From Geotalea uraniireducens Rf4 (GTDB taxonomy: Bacteria > Desulfobacterota > Desulfuromonadia > Geobacterales > Geobacteraceae), in assembly GCF_000016745.1 (NCBI RefSeq), contig NC_009483.1, forward strand, positions 1,740,001 to 1,772,000: 32,000 nt of DNA, in the 5' to 3' direction. The position numbers and the translations under genes are program-made. The notes beneath the pieces are model-generated. The model did not search any database. It was given only the letters and a program-made list of their open reading frames with translations, and was not told where the DNA came from. This document shows, one piece after another, positions 26,974 through 32,000 of the stretch (positions are counted from its first letter, which is position 1; the number at the start of each line of letters is the position of its first letter).

Positions 26974-27101
26974 GTTTTAAGTTCGAAGTTCGAAGTTCGA
27001 AGTTCTAAGTTCGAAGTTCTAAGTTCTAAGTTCGAAGTTCGAAGTTCTAAGTTCGAAGTTTCAGGTTTAAGGTTTTTCAACGTCGAACGTCGAACGTCGA
27101 A
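26974..27101. repeat. Heptanucleotide tandem array in the pstB-phoU spacer
   Basis: There are 15 consecutive 7-mers at 26974-27078: 7x GTTCGAA, 4x GTTCTAA and 4 degenerate GTTT-type units. Three CGTCGAA units follow at 27081-27101. Confidence 0.95.
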
Positions 27102-27108
27102 CCGGTTC

Positions 27109-27867
27109 TTACCCAAATCGGCCGGTGATGTAATCCTCGGTCTGTTTCTTGTCCGGGGTGGTGAAGACCTTCCTCGTTTCGCCGCATTCGATCAGCTCTC
27201 CCAGGTAGAAAAAGGCGGTGAAGTCGGAGACGCGGGCGGCCTGCTGCATGTTGTGGGTGACGATGATGATGGTGTACTTCTCCTTCAGTTCCTCGATCAG
27301 TTCCTCGATCTTCAGGGTCGAGAGCGGGTCGAGAGCCGAAGCCGGTTCGTCCATGAGGATCACCTCCGGTCTTACGGCAATGGTCCTGGCGATGCAGAGC
27401 CTTTGCTGCTGGCCGCCGGAAAGTTCCATGGCGCTTGCCTTCAGCCGGTCCTTCACCTCGTCCCAGAGGGCGACCCGTTTGAGAGACGACTCGACGATCT
27501 CGTCCGCCTCGCTCCGGTTGACCCTGCCGTTCAGCTTGTAACCGGCAATCACGTTATCATAAATCGACATGGCCGGGAAGGGGTTAGGTTTCTGGAAGAC
27601 CATGCCGACCCTTCTCCTGATGGAGACCGGGTCCACCCCCTTGTCGTAGATGTCGGTGTCGTCAAGGATGATCTTGCCCGTGACCCGTGCCGCAGGCGCC
27701 AGGTCGTGCATCCGGTTGATGGAGCGGAGCACCGTCGATTTGCCGCACCCCGAAGGGCCGATGATGGCGGTGACGCTGTTTTCCGGGAAGTCGATGGAGA
27801 CATCCTTGACCGCGTGGTTGCTGCCGAAATGGACGTTGAGATTTTCCAGTTTTACCTTGGTGTTCAT
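27109..27867 (-). CDS. pstB: Phosphate ABC transporter ATP-binding protein
   Basis: 252 aa with Walker [10 protein letters not shown], signature LSGGQQQRL and Walker [12 protein letters not shown]. Confidence 0.95.
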   Translation of the reverse strand: MNTKVKLENLNVHFGSNHAVKDVSIDFPENSVTAIIGPSGCGKSTVLRSINRMHDLAPAARVTGKIILDDTDIYDKGVDPVSIRRRVGMVFQKPNPFPAMSIYDNVIAGYKLNGRVNRSEADEIVESSLKRVALWDEVKDRLKASAMELSGGQQQRLCIARTIAVRPEVILMDEPASALDPLSTLKIEELIEELKEKYTIIIVTHNMQQAARVSDFTAFFYLGELIECGETRKVFTTPDKKQTEDYITGRFG

Positions 27868-27921
27868 TCAGACCTCTTTTGTTCTTGCCAGAAATACGTA
27901 TAGATAGAATCAGAACCTTTG

Positions 27922-28055
27922 AACCGCAAAGGCCCCAAAGAGCCTAAACCGCAAAGTTCGCAAAGTAAAATCGAAAACTACTTTCTTTTTGTCTAAGGCA
28001 CTAAAAAATAGCTTTTTTTAAGTTTTCTTGGCGCCCTTTGCGACTTTGCGGTTCG
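27922..28055. repeat. REP/MITE-like inverted-repeat element in the pstA-pstB spacer
   Basis: GAACCGCAAAG (27922-27932) and AACCGCAAAGTTCGCAAAGT (27948-27967) are complementary to CCTTTGCGACTTTGCGGTTC (28036-28055). The stem is about 19 bp around a 68-nt A/T-rich loop. It sits inside an unusually long 242-nt intra-operon spacer. Confidence 0.7.
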
Positions 28056-28109
28056 ACAATGTTGTATTTTTCGTTTTTCTCCGTGTCTCTGTGTCTCCGT
28101 GGCAGGTTG

Positions 28110-28952
28110 TCAGCCTTCTTGTCTGCTTCTGCCGAAATACCGCGCAGCCAGGCTCAAGGAGAACATGACCGTCACCAGGACCAGGGCGCCTGCCCAGGCG
28201 AGGCGGTGCCAGTCCTCGTATGGCGAGATGGCGAAGTTGAAGATCTGTAGCGGCATCGCCGCCATCGGTTCGGTGAGTTTCCTGCTCCAGAACTGGTTGC
28301 CGAGAGCTGTGAAGAGGAGCGGCGCGGTTTCCCCCGCTACCCGGGCGACGGAGAGGAGTATGCCGGTCATGACCCCGGTCATGGCGCTCCTCAGGGTGAC
28401 CTTGAGGCTCGTGCGCCAGAGCGGCACCCCCAGTGCCAGCGAGGCTTCACGCAGGGTGCCGGGGACCATCTTCAGCTGTTCCTCGGTGGTGCGGAGCACT
28501 ATGGGGATCATGATCATCGCCAGGGCCACTGCGCCGGCCAGGGCGGAAAAGCCCTTCATCGGCACCACGAGCAGGGTGTAGGCGACCATGCCGGTGATGA
28601 TGGAGGGGATGCCGGAAAGTACGTCGGCGGCAAAGCGGATGACGGTGGAGATGCGGCTGCCGCCGTATTCGGCCAGGTAAATGGCGCCGAAGATGCCGAT
28701 GGGGAGGCCTATTAACGAGGCCATGGCGATCATCACCGCGGAGCCCACCATGCCGTTGGCCATGCCGCCGCCGGTCTCGCCGGTCGGTTTCGGTATCTGG
28801 GTGAAAAAGTCGAGATTTACGGAACTAAGTCCCATCTTCACGATATGGACGAAGATGAAGACGAGCGGCACCAGCACCGACAGGGTCGCAGCGACCATCA
28901 GCGCCGTCATCAGCAGGTTTTTTGCCTTGCGCAGGGCGACACTCCGCATCAT
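28110..28952 (-). CDS. pstA: Phosphate ABC transporter permease PstA
   Basis: 280 aa from the ATG at 28952 (MMRSVALRKAKN), preceded by a GGAGG SD. It has the EAA-loop region EASLALGVPLWRT. The 535-aa track ORF is an artefactual upstream extension. Confidence 0.9.
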   Translation of the reverse strand: MMRSVALRKAKNLLMTALMVAATLSVLVPLVFIFVHIVKMGLSSVNLDFFTQIPKPTGETGGGMANGMVGSAVMIAMASLIGLPIGIFGAIYLAEYGGSRISTVIRFAADVLSGIPSIITGMVAYTLLVVPMKGFSALAGAVALAMIMIPIVLRTTEEQLKMVPGTLREASLALGVPLWRTSLKVTLRSAMTGVMTGILLSVARVAGETAPLLFTALGNQFWSRKLTEPMAAMPLQIFNFAISPYEDWHRLAWAGALVLVTVMFSLSLAARYFGRSRQEG

Positions 28953-29923
28953 AGTCCACCTCCGCTCTGTTTTCGGTTCACGCTCCAGATCAGAAAGCGG
29001 GCAAGGGCGTTGATGACGAGGGTGACCACCAGCAGGATGAGGCCGATCTCCATGAGCGCCGCGGAGTGGAGCTGCGAGCTTGCCTCGGCGAATTCGTTGG
29101 CGATGACGCTCGGCATGGTGTAGGCGGGGGAGAGGAGCGACAGGGATATCTGCGGCGTGTTGCCGATCACCATGGTGACCGCCATGGTCTCGCCGATGGC
29201 CCGCCCCAGGCCGAGGATCACCGCTCCCAGGATGCCGGAGCGGCCGTAGGGGAGGACTGCCATGCGGATCATCTCCCAGCGGGTCGCGCCGAGGGCGATG
29301 GCAGCCTCTTTCTGGCTCTGGGGCACGGCCAGAAGCACCTCCTTGGTGATGGAGGTGATGATCGGCACCACCATGATCATCAGGATGAAGACCGCGGCGA
29401 GCATGCTCACCCCGTAGGGTGCCCCCTTGAAGAGGGGGAGGAAGCCGAAGTGATCGATGAGAAACGGCTGGACGGTCCGCTGCAGCCATGGCGCCATGAC
29501 CAGCACCCCCCAGAGGCCGTAGATGACGCTCGGGATGGCGGCCAGGAGCTCGACCAGGGCGGCGATCACGCCGCCGAACTTTTTCGGCGCGATCTCGGTG
29601 ATGAAGACGGCGCTGCCGATGGAAAGCGGCGTTGCGAGAAGGAGGGCGAGGATCGATGAAACCACCGAGCCCCAGAGGTAGGGAAGCGCGCCGAAGGTCT
29701 CCTGCACCGCATCCCAATCACTGCTGGTGATGAACCGCCAGCCGAATTTTCTCATGGCGGGGAGGCTCTCGCCGACCATTTCGTAGACCATGAGAAGCAG
29801 TATGGCGAGGATGCTGAAGGCGAAAACGACGGTGATCCCCTTGAAGATGAAGTCGCCGTTCAGGCCGGTTTTGATGTTCCACTTCTGTGAGATTGCTTCG
29901 GGCGGCACGGCCTTCCTCCACAT
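28949..29923 (-). CDS. pstC: Phosphate ABC transporter permease PstC
   Basis: 324 aa from the ATG at 29923 (MWRKAVPPEA). It has the EAA-loop region EAAIALGATRWE. Its stop overlaps the pstA start (ATGA). Confidence 0.9.
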   Translation of the reverse strand: MWRKAVPPEAISQKWNIKTGLNGDFIFKGITVVFAFSILAILLLMVYEMVGESLPAMRKFGWRFITSSDWDAVQETFGALPYLWGSVVSSILALLLATPLSIGSAVFITEIAPKKFGGVIAALVELLAAIPSVIYGLWGVLVMAPWLQRTVQPFLIDHFGFLPLFKGAPYGVSMLAAVFILMIMVVPIITSITKEVLLAVPQSQKEAAIALGATRWEMIRMAVLPYGRSGILGAVILGLGRAIGETMAVTMVIGNTPQISLSLLSPAYTMPSVIANEFAEASSQLHSAALMEIGLILLVVTLVINALARFLIWSVNRKQSGGGL

Positions 29924-29966
29924 GTTTGTAACGAAATGTTGAAACGGTTGTAATAAAAGTTTCGGC

Positions 29967-30013
29967 AGAAAAAGGCCCGGGCAGGTGCAATCGGTGGCGG
30001 ACCCTGCCCGGGC
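29967..30013 (-). terminator. Intra-operon hairpin/attenuator between pstS and pstC
   Basis: The minus strand reads GCCCGGGCAGG-17 nt-CCTGCCCGGGC followed by CTTTTTCTG. The position is typical for uncoupling pstS from pstCAB levels. Confidence 0.65.
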
Positions 30014-30032
30014 GGATTGGTGTTTGAAGCTG

Positions 30033-31061
30033 TTACTTGATGCTCTTGACGGTTTTTTCCACCATCTTCGCCACGTTAGCAGGGAGTGGCGCATAGAGGA
30101 TCTTGTCGGCCATCTTCTGGCCATGCTTCAATTCCCAGTTGAGGAACTCGACCAGCTTCTTTCCTATTACCTTGTCCTTCTGGTCCTGGTAGACGAGGAG
30201 CCAGGTGAAGCCGACGATCGGGTAGGCATCCTTGCCCGGCTGGTTGACCAGCGAGATGCGGTAATCGGCAGGCATGGATTTGGCCGCGCCGGCAGCTGCT
30301 GCGCTGGTGGACTTGATGGAAGGCTCGACGAAATTGCCGCTCTTGTTTTTCAATGTGGCGAAAGGAAGCTTGTTTTCGAAGGCATAGGCCAGTTCCACGT
30401 AACCGATGGTGTACTGGGTGGTCTTGACCTGTCCGGCAACCCCTTCGTTACCCTTGCCGCCGAGGCCGATAGGCCACTTGACGGAAGCACCCTTGCCCAC
30501 CTTGCCTGCCCATTCCGGGCTGACGCTGGAAAGATAGTCGGTGAAGATGCTCGTGGTGCCGCTCCCGTCAGAGCGGTGAACAACGATGATCGGCTGGTTG
30601 GGAAGCTTGATCTTGGGGTTGTCGTTGGCGATCTTCGGGTCGTTCCACTTGGTGATCTTCCCCAGGTAGATATCAGCCACATCTTCGGAAGAAAGCTTCA
30701 GCCCTTTACCCACGCCGGGAACGTTGTAAGTGACGACCACGGCGCCCATAACGGTCGGGATGTGGAGCAGCTTGCCGGGGGCAGCCTTCAGTTCTGCGTC
30801 GGAGAGGAATTTATCGGAAGCGCCGAAATCGACGGTCTGGGCAGTGATCTGCTTGATGCCGCCGCCTGAGCCGATGGACTGGTAGTTGAACTTGACGGTC
30901 GGATCGACCTTGGCGTATTCGGCGAACCACTTGGAGTAGAGCGGGTAGGGGAAGGTTGCGCCTGCGCCGTTGATGAGCGTTTCTGCCGATGCCTGGCCGG
31001 AGATGGCGGTTACCGCCAGGATGGCCAGGGTCAGAATGCTTTTACGGATGATGTTGAGCAT
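30033..31061 (-). CDS. pstS: Phosphate ABC transporter substrate-binding protein (operon copy)
   Basis: 342 aa with signal peptide MLNIIRKSILTLAILAVTAISGQASA and the motifs GAGATFPYPLY and HRSDGSGTT. A strong AAGGAGG SD is present. Confidence 0.95.
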   Translation of the reverse strand: MLNIIRKSILTLAILAVTAISGQASAETLINGAGATFPYPLYSKWFAEYAKVDPTVKFNYQSIGSGGGIKQITAQTVDFGASDKFLSDAELKAAPGKLLHIPTVMGAVVVTYNVPGVGKGLKLSSEDVADIYLGKITKWNDPKIANDNPKIKLPNQPIIVVHRSDGSGTTSIFTDYLSSVSPEWAGKVGKGASVKWPIGLGGKGNEGVAGQVKTTQYTIGYVELAYAFENKLPFATLKNKSGNFVEPSIKSTSAAAAGAAKSMPADYRISLVNQPGKDAYPIVGFTWLLVYQDQKDKVIGKKLVEFLNWELKHGQKMADKILYAPLPANVAKMVEKTVKSIK

Positions 31062-31111
31062 GTATGTTCCTCCTTTTTTATGTTTGCTTTGGGCTTATTA
31101 TTGCCTGCTAA

Positions 31112-31130
31112 ATGTTACAACCATGTTACA
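31112..31130 (-). promoter_or_regulatory. Pho-box-like perfect direct repeat in the pstS promoter
   Basis: In gene-sense orientation it reads CC-TGTAACAT-GGT-TGTAACAT, then 9 nt, then AATAAT. The period is 11 bp and the site is 51-69 nt upstream of the pstS ATG. Confidence 0.6.
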
Positions 31131-31238
31131 GGTTGGGAAAGATTCGGTGAAAAAGCGTGAACGTTGCATTGTGAAGGGGGAAAGGGGAGAAAACATCTGC
31201 GTGCTCTGCCACCCTATCCAAGAAATATTACCATCTTT

Positions 31239-31676
31239 TCACAATTCTGCACGGTGGCTGCGGGGTGAATACCTGACGGCAATAATCCTGACAAAGGCCA
31301 GCGACAGGACGAGGATGATCACCATGGCCAGCTGCTGCCAGTCCATTTCCTTGTACCAGAAGGCCATCACTTCGGTGAGGACGGTGACCATGACCGTGTC
31401 GATGATGTAGGTGACCTTGACCCGTCCCTCGGTAAAGTAGGCCAGCGCGGTTCGTAATATTTCGACGATGGCCAGGACGGTGAGCACATCGACGAGGAAT
31501 GTCCTGAACGCGGTATGAAACTCCGTGATGAAGATCAGCCTCAGATCGTAAAAGGTGTAGATAATTCCCGTCAGGATCGCCAACAGTATTGCGGCAATGA
31601 GCAGGCTCAAAAGAACCCTGGCTGAAATCTCGAAAAATCTGGTCAGTTTTAAATCAACGACATCTTCTTTCCACAT
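31239..31676 (-). CDS. psiE: Phosphate-starvation-inducible protein PsiE family (4-TM membrane protein)
   Basis: 145 aa with four hydrophobic helices and a conserved-looking LAIVEILRT segment. Size and topology match PsiE. A Pho-box-like site lies upstream. Confidence 0.65.
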   Translation of the reverse strand: MWKEDVVDLKLTRFFEISARVLLSLLIAAILLAILTGIIYTFYDLRLIFITEFHTAFRTFLVDVLTVLAIVEILRTALAYFTEGRVKVTYIIDTVMVTVLTEVMAFWYKEMDWQQLAMVIILVLSLAFVRIIAVRYSPRSHRAEL

Positions 31677-31712
31677 GATTCCTCCTTTTTTTCGATAAAG
31701 GATAGCGGCTGA

Positions 31713-31732
31713 ATGTTACAGCCTCGTTAAAT
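31713..31732 (-). promoter_or_regulatory. Pho-box-like repeat upstream of psiE
   Basis: In gene-sense orientation it reads CA-TTTAACGA-GGC-TGTAACAT, then 8 nt, then TATCCT. It lies 37-56 nt upstream of the ATG. Confidence 0.45.
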
Positions 31733-31828
31733 GCAAGTCAGGACTGGGAAAATATTGACATTGGCAGGGGAAAAGGTATCTTCAGATGAGCGGCGTCATG
31801 GTCGTTAAAGATTTACGAGGGGGGCGCT

Positions 31829-32000
31829 ATGGAAAAGGTGTTCAACCATCTTAAAAGCAAGTTTGTCACAGGGCTGTTCGTGGTCATCCCTCTTGGGATA
31901 ACCATCTTTATTCTCAAGTTTCTCTTCAATTTTGCCGACGGAATCCTCGGTTCCTATCTGGACAGCCTGTTCAGCGCCATTGCCCATGAAGAGTTCCATT
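31829..32000 (+). CDS. DUF502-family membrane protein (5' part, runs off the window)
   Basis: The ATG at 31829 follows a GAGGGGGG SD. The translation MEKVFNHLKSKFVTGLFVVIPLGITIFILKFLFNFADGILG matches the characteristic DUF502 N-terminus. It is not in the ORF track because there is no stop inside the window. Confidence 0.7.
   Translation, partial: MEKVFNHLKSKFVTGLFVVIPLGITIFILKFLFNFADGILGSYLDSLFSAIAHEEFH

Noticed and set aside
26159-26980. 273-aa plus-strand ORF. Similar long antisense ORFs occur at 565-1191, 8281-9051, 14400-15092, 22733-23377, 27253-27903 and 29985-30869.
   Set aside because: Each lies antisense to a gene with unambiguous family motifs (phoU, nifS, miaA, the 825-aa ORF, EAL, pstB, pstS). 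They are typical shadow ORFs of GC-rich coding DNA.
26974-27101. CRISPR-like repeat array.
   Set aside because: The repeat unit is 7 nt, the units are contiguous with no spacers, and no cas genes are present. It is a microsatellite.
28953-29717. N-terminal 255 aa of the 535-aa track ORF (28110..29717).
   Set aside because: This part is out of frame within pstC, Arg/Gly/Pro/His-rich and not protein-like. PstA begins at the SD-preceded ATG at 28952, which overlaps the pstC stop.

Overview
The window looks like a chromosomal segment from a Geobacter-type (Desulfuromonadota) bacterium. That placement is my inference from protein sequences and repeat style; no search was run. About 30 real genes are present, mostly on the minus strand.

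Content in order:
- **Fe-S/cysteine genes:** cysE, an Rrf2 regulator and nifS.
- **Signalling and sugar transfer:** a REC-GAF-PAS sensor kinase whose H-box histidine is replaced by Asn, and a GT-A glycosyltransferase-like gene.
- **Housekeeping:** ctpA and miaA, followed by several small or poorly characterised genes. One is a 59-aa SAP/Rho_N protein that the ORF track missed.
- **Uncharacterised plus-strand operon:** an 825-aa orphan protein, a PSD-type decarboxylase and an Lgt-type transferase.
- **Phosphate cluster:** pstS-pstC-pstA-pstB-phoU, two extra pstS paralogues and psiE.
- **Partner-switching operon:** CBS-PP2C phosphatase, RsbW-like kinase, STAS protein, a 48-aa micro-ORF and a degenerate-GGDEF/EAL protein.

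Two 2073-nt group II introns differ at only 2 positions. Each sits in an arm of a roughly 170-bp palindromic repeat element, and the two host elements lie in opposite orientations.

The pst operon has unusual spacers: a heptamer tandem array between pstB and phoU, and a long REP-like hairpin between pstA and pstB.

A direct-repeat motif phased at 11 bp (TGTAACAT) occurs at the pstS, psiE and partner-switch promoters, so all three may belong to a Pho regulon.

The best candidate for an undescribed system is the three-gene operon at 12861-17393. The Pho-linked partner-switch/c-di-GMP module is second.

All functional calls come from reading the sequences by eye.
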